NCBI GenBank assembly: GCA_963675665.1 | Contig: OY776510.1 | Location: 4,256,001-4,320,000, forward strand | Origin: Spirochaetia bacterium | GTDB lineage: Bacteria > Spirochaetota > Spirochaetia > UBA9216 | Direction: 5' to 3' | Length of the DNA: 64,000 bases | In this document: positions 49,129-57,949 of the stretch, piece by piece | How the letters are laid out: the number at the start of each line of letters is the position of its first letter | Numbering within the stretch: the first letter of the stretch is position 1 | The notes under the pieces: generated by a model | What the model saw: only the letters and a program-made list of their open reading frames with translations | Told to the model about the DNA's origin: nothing | The model's database searches: none | Position numbers and translations under genes: made by a program

Positions 49129-50158
49129 AATTTTCTCCTGATGTTTCGATTTTATCGAGAATTTCGCCCTTTCTGAGCTTTTTACGATATGACAGAAGGG
49201 TTTTATCCATCTCTTCAAGTGTAGTTAAAATCTCTCTTTCTTTATCTGTTGTTTTAATGATTTTATGGATACCGCCGTTTTTTATAACAATTCGCTTGTC
49301 GCCCATTAAGGCAAGAATGGGATCATGTGTTGCCATGAGAACAACCTTGTCCTCGGCAATCAGAAGATCAAGAGCCTGTTTACGGTCAATTCCTGCATTT
49401 TCAATTTCATCAATCAATATAATCGGCGATTTGCTCAGGATTGCAGTATCAGCGATCATCAGCGCCCGCGACTGGCCTCCGCTAAGGCTTGTAATCGGCG
49501 TATCCGGAGAGAATCTTTCTCCGGCAAGCAAATTAGCGTTTTCTATTATCCTTCCGATCACTTCGCTCCTGTTTGACACAAGACGGCTCTCGGCATGAAG
49601 CTCAACAAATTCGTACACAGACAAATCCATCACAAAGTTCATGTTCTGGGAAATCTGGGCAACAAGTTTATCTGATGTTGAAAACCGCCACTTGTTATCA
49701 GGTTTGTCATTATTGATCAGAATACTGCGCGATGTCGGCGTATCGTTCTGGGCTACCCATTCTATATCTCCAAGCAGCCTGCTTTTACCCGAGCCGGTAG
49801 GACCTACAATACAGATAATTTCACCCTGTCTTATTTCAAACCTATCAAAATTCTCCTTATTACCGGATTTGTCGGTCCCGGGAAGAATTGTAACAGATTG
49901 AACAACATCTTCATGATTTCCAAGAAACACATTCATTTGATTGACATATTCAGCTATCTGCCTGAAATGAAGTTCAATATCTATAGCATTATCTTCAATT
50001 TCATTTTCATCAAAAGCTGCAAAATATTCTTCGAGAGTAAGATGATCCTTGTTTCTGATGTCCAGGTTGTTATCATTAAAATAAGTTAAAATGAAAGGGT
50101 AATCCGCCAGCAGTTTCTCAATCTTTCCGAAACGCACATCCTGGTTACTTAATCTCAT
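49121..50158 (-). CDS. ABC-type ATPase with N-terminal extension
   Basis: GPTGSGKS, LSGGQSR, IDEIEN, ATHD. Confidence 0.85.
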   Translation of the reverse strand: MRLSNQDVRFGKIEKLLADYPFILTYFNDNNLDIRNKDHLTLEEYFAAFDENEIEDNAIDIELHFRQIAEYVNQMNVFLGNHEDVVQSVTILPGTDKSGNKENFDRFEIRQGEIICIVGPTGSGKSRLLGDIEWVAQNDTPTSRSILINNDKPDNKWRFSTSDKLVAQISQNMNFVMDLSVYEFVELHAESRLVSNRSEVIGRIIENANLLAGERFSPDTPITSLSGGQSRALMIADTAILSKSPIILIDEIENAGIDRKQALDLLIAEDKVVLMATHDPILALMGDKRIVIKNGGIHKIIKTTDKEREILTTLEEMDKTLLSYRKKLRKGEILDKIETSGENYA

Positions 50159-50167
50159 AATAATCCC

Positions 50168-50860
50168 CTATTCATCCATCTTTATTTTACGGATATTACC
50201 GGCCTGATAATCTTCACCTATTCTGGTTTCACCCAGGCAATAGGAACAAAGGGCCGACGGCATTGGAAATCTCAGCTCTTTTCCGGTGAGCGTTTTCAAG
50301 TCTTCTTTTTCATCATAGAGAAGAGTTGAAAGTTCAAAACTGCCCTGTCCTGTCAGCCCGTTTATGTTCATAATCGTTGCGCCCGGGTTTACCGTATTTA
50401 CACGGGAAGCAAAAACCTCCCGCTCGGCCTGTGAAACAATATCGCCTTTTGTGATAACGACTATATCAGCAGATTTAAGCATTGGACCGATTTTCTTGGG
50501 GGTGTTTATTCCGCTCAGATTATCAATTATACAAACTGCCATAATTCCTTTTATGTAGGGAGAACAGCGGTTGCATAAACCCGCTGATTCGCTGATTAAA
50601 ATATCGAATTTATTCTCCACTCCCCATTTGGTAACTTCCTCGATATTGCTGATAAAATAATGATCCGGGCATAATGCGCCGGAAAGCCCTTTCTTAACAG
50701 GTATTCCGGCTTTTTCATACAGAATGTCGTCATCCGTATAGAGACAATCGAATTTGGCAACTGCCGTTTTCAAACCTCTTTTGTTCAGAGATTCGATGGT
50801 TTTAAGAATAACAGAAGTCTTTCCTGATGAGGGCGGACCCGAAATTGTAATCAGATTCAT
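50168..50860 (-). CDS. HypB/UreG/CobW-like metal-binding GTPase
   Basis: GPPSSGKT, CPDH, ESAGLCNRC, TKGD, CSYC. Confidence 0.85.
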   Translation of the reverse strand: MNLITISGPPSSGKTSVILKTIESLNKRGLKTAVAKFDCLYTDDDILYEKAGIPVKKGLSGALCPDHYFISNIEEVTKWGVENKFDILISESAGLCNRCSPYIKGIMAVCIIDNLSGINTPKKIGPMLKSADIVVITKGDIVSQAEREVFASRVNTVNPGATIMNINGLTGQGSFELSTLLYDEKEDLKTLTGKELRFPMPSALCSYCLGETRIGEDYQAGNIRKIKMDE

Positions 50861-50863
50861 TGG

Positions 50864-52099
50864 TTAAACCCCAGCCATTACAGATTTGTTAAAAACAGAC
50901 TCACAATGTTTTATCAAAGCGCTTATATCGTTACTGTAGATGTAATCCCATCCAAGCCACATAAACCCGTTTTCATCAGGAAGCCTGTTATCAATTGCCG
51001 GGTTTGTACTAGGGAAAAGCCCGTTATGAGAAAGGATACGACCGACTTCCTCCGATGCAAAGAAATCAATTACCGGCTGAAGTTTCCTGCTTTTTTCTTT
51101 TTTAGACAGCATAAAGATCGGACTGATAATTGCACCGTCTTTTGGCCATACAGCTTTCATGGGCCCGCCGTCTTTCACCATCTTTGTAAAGAAATTAGGC
51201 ATTATCGTAACAATCGGACGGTTCTCTTTCTTTCGATCGCTCCTGACCATCTGGGACGGATGAAGTGATTCCAGCAGGTTGCGCCCCAGTTTTGCAACAC
51301 CTTCATCTCCGTACATTTTATGAATATTCAGAAGGATACCGTTGAATAAATCAAAATCGCCGACAGGAAGAGAAACCCTGTTATTAAAAACCGGATCCAG
51401 AATATCTTCCCAGCTTTGAGGAACAGGCAAATCGCCCAGTTCCTTCATATTTACCAGAAAGACAGCCGGCACAACTCCGATTACGGAATAATGTTTTTCG
51501 GGATCCTTCAATCCGCCATCTTTGAACGACGAGTTGATTCCGGTAAATTTGACAGTATCCGCAAACACTCCCTGTTTTTTAAAACGGCCTATCAGATTTT
51601 TATCAAAAAACATATCAAATCCGGCTGATATAAAAAGATCCGGCAGCTCTGTGGCGTCATTTATCCCTTTTATATTATCTTCAACCCAGGAAAGACCCAT
51701 GGAAGCAGCTTTCAGTTCATGTTCTATAGTTACATCATTTTCCAGGGAATAAGATTTTATAAATCTGTTGAAACCTTCCAGCAGAGGAATACGAACCGGG
51801 CAAGGCAGCAGCCCGACGACCTTCAGGGCTTCTGCTCCTGCTGCTTTTTTATTGGCGGAAAGTGTTTCATCAACAGAATTATTCCCGGATTCGATTGCTG
51901 CAATTAAAAGTCCGGCAAAGCTGTCGTAATCCAGTTGTTTCAGTATTAAAGAGGTCCTGAGTGAAATTGTCTTTCCGAATTCTTCCCGCTTTTTTTCATC
52001 TCCCATATGGTTGAATCCATTGGAAGTAAATACAGGAATGGTTTCAGGGTATTTTTCGGCAATCTCAAAAAGTGTGCTGTCTTTTTCAAAATAATTCAT
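50864..52099 (-). CDS. Substrate-binding-protein-like protein with N-terminal DUF1858-like domain, no signal peptide
   Basis: EKYPETIPVF N-domain; LPCPVRIP; PQSWEDIL, WPKDGAIISP (PotD/AfuA-like SBP motifs). Confidence 0.8.
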   Translation of the reverse strand: MNYFEKDSTLFEIAEKYPETIPVFTSNGFNHMGDEKKREEFGKTISLRTSLILKQLDYDSFAGLLIAAIESGNNSVDETLSANKKAAGAEALKVVGLLPCPVRIPLLEGFNRFIKSYSLENDVTIEHELKAASMGLSWVEDNIKGINDATELPDLFISAGFDMFFDKNLIGRFKKQGVFADTVKFTGINSSFKDGGLKDPEKHYSVIGVVPAVFLVNMKELGDLPVPQSWEDILDPVFNNRVSLPVGDFDLFNGILLNIHKMYGDEGVAKLGRNLLESLHPSQMVRSDRKKENRPIVTIMPNFFTKMVKDGGPMKAVWPKDGAIISPIFMLSKKEKSRKLQPVIDFFASEEVGRILSHNGLFPSTNPAIDNRLPDENGFMWLGWDYIYSNDISALIKHCESVFNKSVMAGV

Positions 52100-52117
52100 T
52101 AAGAACTCCGAAAATTG

Positions 52118-52459
52118 TTAATCAAGTATCTTTGTCTGCGAAACCGGTTTGGGAAGCTTCATAACAAGCACCCTTACATCTTCATCTGTTTCATTATAAA
52201 TACAGTGAACAATATCTTTGGGACTTTCTATTACATCATCTTTTTTGACTGTCAGTTTTTCATCGCCGACAAGTATGGCAGGAGTTCCTTCCAGCACATA
52301 AAAAGCGACATCGACCGGTGTAATGTGCGGTTTCAAACCTTCGCCGGCTTTTAATAACAGATGCATTATCAGGGCATGCTCTTTATCATATATTTTTGTA
52401 GATGAAACCCCATGAGGGTTCCCGGAAATCTCTTTGTCTGCATAATTGGTTATATTCAC
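52118..52459 (-). CDS. Cupin-domain protein
   Basis: LKPHITP, FYVLEG, PKDIVH. Confidence 0.85.
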   Translation of the reverse strand: MNITNYADKEISGNPHGVSSTKIYDKEHALIMHLLLKAGEGLKPHITPVDVAFYVLEGTPAILVGDEKLTVKKDDVIESPKDIVHCIYNETDEDVRVLVMKLPKPVSQTKILD

Positions 52460-52495
52460 CTGATTCTCCTTTGCATGTGTCTATTACCTGTATTT

Positions 52496-52894
52496 TTATC
52501 TGAAATCAGATAATTTGATCTTTTTGAACGTATTATATGTATCATTGGAAATTCTGTTTAATTCATTACTGAAAATACATTTTTCAAAAGCACAATGCGG
52601 TTTATTCAGAGGGCAGCTACTTAACTCTGCCTTTCCCTCCATTATTTCATATATGTCCAGAAACGAGATATTCTCAGCCGTCCTGCCAAGTCCGACACCG
52701 CCTGCCGGTCCCCTGACTGAATTAACAAGGCCGGCTCTGCTGAGCTTCTGAAATACTTTTGCAAGATGCGCCTGTGATGCATTAAGCTCTTCAGCAAGGG
52801 TTTTTACAGTCATGAGTTCCGGGTTGTTCGATGCTATTAAAACCATGCTGTGTAATGCCAGAGAAACACCCTCAGATATATTTACAAGATTCAT
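52496..52894 (-). CDS. Rrf2-family transcriptional regulator (3-Cys)
   Basis: HLAKVFQKL, SVRGPAGG, CPLNKPHCAFEKC. Confidence 0.92.
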   Translation of the reverse strand: MNLVNISEGVSLALHSMVLIASNNPELMTVKTLAEELNASQAHLAKVFQKLSRAGLVNSVRGPAGGVGLGRTAENISFLDIYEIMEGKAELSSCPLNKPHCAFEKCIFSNELNRISNDTYNTFKKIKLSDFR

Positions 52895-52903
52895 ATTCTC
52901 TCC

Positions 52904-52931
52904 ATAGGTATTATGGTACCATAATACCTAT
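52904..52931. promoter_or_regulatory. Perfect 28-bp palindrome, probable Rrf2 operator
   Basis: ATAGGTATTATGGTACCATAATACCTAT immediately upstream of the Rrf2 RBS. Confidence 0.7.
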
Positions 52932-52993
52932 TTATTAAAATACTGTCAATTCTTTCTTAACCAAAAACTATAGTTTTAGAAGTGCCCTTAATT

Positions 52994-53386
52994 TTATTCT
53001 TTTAAGCTTATATGACCACGGCCTTCACCTTTAAGCCATTCACCTTCTATTACTTGTAAATTCTCACGTATTGTTCTGACTGCAGTCTCTATCGGGATAT
53101 CATCAACCAGCACGCAAACAAATTTCTTGCGAATACGCTTGATATTCGGTCCGAAAGCAAAGGATACTGCCGTGTTAACATTTTCTTTAACAAGTATTTC
53201 CGCAATTCCCCTTGCCTTATCAGGATCGGCATGTGTTCTTTCTTCTTCTGTTGAATTTGCTATTTTATTAATTAATCGGTAATTATCCTCAGTTATCTCG
53301 CAGATTAAAAAATACTCTGCATCTCCAAAATGCCTCTTAATAAAACTTTTTCCATCATCTGTTGCAAAAGCAGCTTTTATTATCAT
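52994..53386 (-). CDS. NifB/NifX-family (FeMo-cofactor-binding domain) protein
   Basis: HFGDAEYF, FGPN motifs. Confidence 0.8.
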   Translation of the reverse strand: MIIKAAFATDDGKSFIKRHFGDAEYFLICEITEDNYRLINKIANSTEEERTHADPDKARGIAEILVKENVNTAVSFAFGPNIKRIRKKFVCVLVDDIPIETAVRTIRENLQVIEGEWLKGEGRGHISLKE

Positions 53387-53435
53387 TTTACACTCCTTCG
53401 TCCCGGAACATATTTATTTTAGAGTTCGTGTAACA

Positions 53436-53464
53436 AATATAATGAGCATATGTGCATAAGTCAA
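53436..53464 (-). promoter_or_regulatory. Promoter TTGACT-N17-TATATT whose spacer is an imperfect palindrome (ATGCACATATGCTCAT)
   Basis: Read directly, upstream of the NifX-like gene. Confidence 0.55.
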
Positions 53465-53548
53465 TATTGCATGATTACCATTCCCGAATAAAATAACTAT
53501 ACTCGGGAATTGTTTATTTAAATTCTGCTTATGTGCTAAAATTAGCAG

Positions 53549-54160
53549 GTGGATATACAGAATACTGTTTTTAATGAACTGTTCAGACAGGGAAGGCAAA
53601 TAGAACTTGCCAGGGGTGATGTACTGCACGATGTGCATGATGAATGCAAAGCACTGGGGAAAATTATCAAAGGCAAACTCAGACTTTCACGAATTTTGTC
53701 ATCCGGACGGGAAATAACTTTCAAGGAATTCATACCCGGCGAAATTTATGCGGAACTTCTTGTGTTTACCGGTGAGCCTTACCCGGGTTGGCTGATTGCA
53801 TCGGAAAACTCCACTGTTATAGAAGTTGAGTTCAGCCATGTTCTTGAACTCCTGGGCAACAGCGTCGCCTTAATTGAATTCATGTCCGGGGTTTCCAGAA
53901 AAACCAACCACCTGGCGAATAAAATAGAAATACTGTCTTTTAAAACGGTAAAACAAAAAATTGCCTTTTATCTGCTTACCGAAAACAATCCAGTTATTTC
54001 TTCAGTCTCCGGTTTATCCGATAACCTTGCCTGCTCACGCGAGGCCCTTTCCAGGGCTTTAAGTGAAATGGCGGGTAACGGAATAATCACCAGAGACGGC
54101 AAAGATATCCGAATAAAAGATAAAACAGAGCTTGAGAAACTGCTGCTGGGGCCTCTCTGA
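53549..54160 (+). CDS. Crp/Fnr-family regulator (HcpR-like)
   Basis: cNMP-binding-like domain, KIEILSFKTVKQKI, SREALSRALSEM HTH. Confidence 0.85.
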   Translation: MDIQNTVFNELFRQGRQIELARGDVLHDVHDECKALGKIIKGKLRLSRILSSGREITFKEFIPGEIYAELLVFTGEPYPGWLIASENSTVIEVEFSHVLELLGNSVALIEFMSGVSRKTNHLANKIEILSFKTVKQKIAFYLLTENNPVISSVSGLSDNLACSREALSRALSEMAGNGIITRDGKDIRIKDKTELEKLLLGPL

Positions 54161-54343
54161 TAAATTATTTGCCGGTATAATAACTAATGCTGACCGGACA
54201 GACTATGTATTTCTTTTCTCTTTTCAGACATTTGCAAATTCTTCTTCACCGTTTTGTTTTTGCAGAACTACGCAATCAAATAATTTCTTTTCCTTTTTGA
54301 AAACTGCTTCCGCGAATAAACTGCAATTTTTAGAAGTCCCCAT

Positions 54344-54382
54344 AATAAAAATCCGCCGGAATAACGTCTGCTATTCCGGCGG
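54344..54382 (-). terminator. Intrinsic terminator after the DJ-1/PfpI gene
   Basis: CCGCCGGAATA...TATTCCGGCGG stem with a T-rich tail on the minus strand. Confidence 0.6.
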
Positions 54383-54476
54383 TAAAACAAAAAGGAGGTT
54401 GACAGTCGTGCTGACGCGCGACTGTTTAAAGTTTCCTACAGAAACTTTAAAAGAAAAAAACCTATAACAACACAAG

Positions 54477-55793
54477 CTACTGGCGCAACAGTCCAATCGT
54501 CATTGCATCAACAAATTCGGGTAATTCGGGTGTTGTTCGGCCTGAGACTATATTGTGATCAACAGTTGCCGACCAGTCGGCACAGAATTCCCCACCCTGG
54601 GCTTCAAATCCCGGAACACATGAAATCCAGCCGGTAGATTTTCGTCCCTCTACTATTCCGGCCGCCGCTACAGCATTCGGACCGTGACACATAAAAGAAA
54701 TAACCTTTCCGGCGTCGTTTGCCTTTCTCAGAAACTCAAGTGGGTATCCGGCTTCTATCATATTCCATGGGCAAAAAGCGCCCGGAATCATAAGTCCGTC
54801 GAAATCATCCATATTCGTATCTTTCAGGTCCTGTATTTTATAAAGGTTATCAGGAATTTCCTGAAGCGGGACGGACATTCCGAAATTACCCTGAACCACA
54901 TCAAGGCCCAATAGCGGCGGACGGGCGCGCTTGCAGCCGGTGAATGTGCCTAAAAGTATATTGGCGCCGCGGTGCATGAATTCCAGCACGGGAACGGCAA
55001 TTTCGAAATCTTCAAAATCCCAGCCGGTTATCAGCATCATCCGCTTGCCTGCCAGAATTCCCTTTCTCGGGTCCTTGTAGCCGGGAGAAAATTGCCTGCA
55101 CAGAGCACTTACAAACTCAGGAGTATCTATCGTATCCTTTGCTGTCAAAATCCGGTCATCCATAACAACCCTGGTATTTAACTTGAAGTTTGATGTCTTT
55201 TTAAGAATATAATCAACCTGCTCATTTCCGGTGCAGTCTTTTCCAATAGTGAGCCCTACGGTCAGCATCGGAATGATGCCCCCTCCTATTCCGCCGATAA
55301 CAGCACCGTTGGAGTATGCATTTTTGAGAAGATCCTGTACTTCTTTTTCGGTGCACATGATATCTCCGGAAGGTCCGCCGGGAATAATTATTGCATCATA
55401 GTCTTTATAATCAGCGTCGTATAATGATTTTGATGAATCCGCCTTCTCTCCTCCTCCTACCGGAATCGGATCAACGGTAAGGCCCCACAGCCCTACTACA
55501 CCTTTTGTACGGATGTTCGGCCGGGTCCATTTCCAGGTTACCCTGTCTACCAGCAGAAACTCCAGCTTGCCTCCGAGCTCTCCGATATATGAAGCTATAT
55601 AATAAGCCTGAAAATCGCTGAATTCAGTAGCCACAACACAGCCGATCTTCTTTCCGGCCAGGGGACCAACATCCTTGGTACATCCGCCTTTCGGCCCGGT
55701 CCACAGGGTAGCGCCGTCTTTTTGCTGTATATCTATCCCTCTTGATTTTATAACTTCTATATAATCTGCAGACGGATCATAATTATTTCCCAT
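54477..55793 (-). CDS. Tandem DJ-1/PfpI-domain protein
   Basis: Two domains (EFSDFQ..IIPGG..; FEDFE..IPGA..MCHGP); catalytic Cys only in domain 2. Confidence 0.85.
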   Translation of the reverse strand: MGNNYDPSADYIEVIKSRGIDIQQKDGATLWTGPKGGCTKDVGPLAGKKIGCVVATEFSDFQAYYIASYIGELGGKLEFLLVDRVTWKWTRPNIRTKGVVGLWGLTVDPIPVGGGEKADSSKSLYDADYKDYDAIIIPGGPSGDIMCTEKEVQDLLKNAYSNGAVIGGIGGGIIPMLTVGLTIGKDCTGNEQVDYILKKTSNFKLNTRVVMDDRILTAKDTIDTPEFVSALCRQFSPGYKDPRKGILAGKRMMLITGWDFEDFEIAVPVLEFMHRGANILLGTFTGCKRARPPLLGLDVVQGNFGMSVPLQEIPDNLYKIQDLKDTNMDDFDGLMIPGAFCPWNMIEAGYPLEFLRKANDAGKVISFMCHGPNAVAAAGIVEGRKSTGWISCVPGFEAQGGEFCADWSATVDHNIVSGRTTPELPEFVDAMTIGLLRQ

Positions 55794-55829
55794 CAAATCT
55801 TCTCCTTTGATTATCTTATAAAATAAAGC

Positions 55830-55844
55830 GCAATTATCATGCCA
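55830..55844 (-). promoter_or_regulatory. Sigma54 (-24/-12) promoter of the DJ-1/PfpI gene
   Basis: TGGCATGATAATTGC. Confidence 0.75.
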
Positions 55845-56119
55845 TTGAAAATGGATTTACAAATTTTTATAAACATGTAAAAAACAGGATACTCTAAAAA
55901 ACTGAAGCTTTCAGAGATTTATCCCGGATTTACAGAACGCTTATTTATTTCCTGATAAAGAAATAAATAAATTCCAGGGCATCTCTGACAACCCCGATTC
56001 AGGGATATCAGATATACGCGAATTATAATCATCTAAAATTTTAATATTATTTGATACACGGCAGGAGTTCCGGTTTTGTTCATTTTTTTTACATTCACGC
56101 ATTATTCTGTGTAAAAAAT

Positions 56120-57949
56120 CTACACAGGGACAGGATGCTCTTCATTTTGCGGCAGCATAATTATAAAGCGGCATCCGCCTTCAGACCTGTTCTCAACATT
56201 AATAGTCCCGCCGCTTTTGGTTATTATCGAATAGCACAATGAAAGCCCCAATCCTAGATTTCGGGAATCGGTGCTCTTTGTTGAAAAAAACGGGGTAAAA
56301 ACAGAATCCATCTTGTCAGCAGGCAACCCGGGACCATCATCCTCAATTGCAATTAATACCGAGCTTTTCCCGTCCTTTACGTTTGTCGAGGTAATAATTC
56401 TGACTTCACCGCCGTCGCCTGTTGCTTCACAGGCATTTTTAATGATATTTATTAACACCTGCCTCAGTTCATTTTTATTCATCTTCACAATAAGCGGATC
56501 TTCAAGTTTTTCAACACAAAAATTAATCTTTCCGTAAATATTATTTTTCCGGATCAGTTTAATATAGCTTTCCACCAGGCTGTTAACGTCTATTTCTCCG
56601 GCATTAATCATATTGGAATCGGAAAAGGTTACCAGGCGGGATACAATCTGTGAAATAAAATCAAGCTCTTCCTTTACATCGGCAAGAGGATCAACAAGAC
56701 TTTCATCATCGACCCGGGTACGAATATAGCGAATATAATTCATTACAATCTCAAGGGAATTATTAATCTCATGCCCCACCCCGGCGGCCAGCAAGCCTAT
56801 TGAAGAAAGATTTTCCGCCAGCATCATTTTCTTCTGCAGAGTATAATAATCCGTAACGTCCTCAATAATAATGATATGACCGACAATTGCAATTCCGTCA
56901 TATATGGGCACTATTTTCATTGTGTTCATTGAATGGTGCTCACCGATAGTAATAGGTACATCAAAAAATGAATGGCTCTCCTTTGATTCAAGGGAAGCCA
57001 TAATTAATTTATAAACTTCATTTTTCTGTTCGGCGAAAATAAAACTGATGTTCTTATACAGGTAATTCTCCCTGACTATTTCAAAATGACGTTCGAATGA
57101 TCGGTTTGCCATTATAATTTTATGACCCGGATCTATTACTGCAAGATTAATCGGAAGGGTATTTAGAATAGCCTCATTAAAACGCAGGAAATGATAAAAC
57201 TCTGACTGGAGTTCGGAAAGCTTTACCTTTTCCACAGTTTCAGTGTATGCAAGCCTGATCATGTTAACCTTGTCGATACCGTCAACCGGTCCGGAAAAAA
57301 GGACTTTCCCGTTACGCAGAATACTGACTTTATCTGCAAAATCATAAAGTTTTTCTATATCATGGGTTATAAAAACAATTGCTGTTCCCTTTCTTTTTAG
57401 CCTGTGAAAAACACCGGTAAAAATCCTTGAGAATTCCGAGCCCAGTTTAATAAAAATTTCATCGAGTACCAGAATATCCGGAGTCTTTTCAATCTGCCGG
57501 ATAAGTTCAACAGCTGTATACTCGGAAGATTTAAGCTCTTTAAGCTTCCGGTTTAAATCAATTCTGATACCGTACTTTTCCAATAATTTTTCAGCCTGTT
57601 TATAGACCCTTCCCCGCGGCAGGAAAAAACCTTTATATGCGATATCGTTATCGAATAACAGATATTCCCATACCAGAAAATTATCATTGGCGACACGATC
57701 CTGATGAACCATACAGGCTTTAATTTGCCCTTTTTTTACAATATGTCCTGATGAAGGCTTCAATACTTCGCTGATAATCTTGCCGAGCGTGGATTTACCG
57801 CAACCGTTCTCACCCAGAACCGCATGAATTTCACCGCGACGGACTATAAAAGTAAGATTTGACAGAACGTCGTTATAGTTGGTGCTGAAACTGATATTCT
57901 CAAGCCTCAGGATTTCATTTGCGGATCCGTCAGCCTTCGCTGATTCCAT
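56120..57949 (-). CDS. ABC-ATPase-domain/PAS/histidine kinase fusion
   Basis: GENGCGKST, LVLDE, FITH (sugar-ABC NBD); PAS-like segment; GHEINN, NIIKNA, DDGPG, FFST, GLGL. Confidence 0.88.
   Translation of the reverse strand: MESAKADGSANEILRLENISFSTNYNDVLSNLTFIVRRGEIHAVLGENGCGKSTLGKIISEVLKPSSGHIVKKGQIKACMVHQDRVANDNFLVWEYLLFDNDIAYKGFFLPRGRVYKQAEKLLEKYGIRIDLNRKLKELKSSEYTAVELIRQIEKTPDILVLDEIFIKLGSEFSRIFTGVFHRLKRKGTAIVFITHDIEKLYDFADKVSILRNGKVLFSGPVDGIDKVNMIRLAYTETVEKVKLSELQSEFYHFLRFNEAILNTLPINLAVIDPGHKIIMANRSFERHFEIVRENYLYKNISFIFAEQKNEVYKLIMASLESKESHSFFDVPITIGEHHSMNTMKIVPIYDGIAIVGHIIIIEDVTDYYTLQKKMMLAENLSSIGLLAAGVGHEINNSLEIVMNYIRYIRTRVDDESLVDPLADVKEELDFISQIVSRLVTFSDSNMINAGEIDVNSLVESYIKLIRKNNIYGKINFCVEKLEDPLIVKMNKNELRQVLINIIKNACEATGDGGEVRIITSTNVKDGKSSVLIAIEDDGPGLPADKMDSVFTPFFSTKSTDSRNLGLGLSLCYSIITKSGGTINVENRSEGGCRFIIMLPQNEEHPVPV

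Noticed and set aside
52994-53386. Nitrogen fixation inferred from the NifX-like gene
   Set aside because: Stand-alone NifB/NifX domains are common in non-diazotrophic anaerobes, and no nif genes are nearby
54132-54467. 111-aa ORF downstream of the Crp gene
   Set aside because: Spans terminator/hairpin and repeat-like sequence with no RBS or motif
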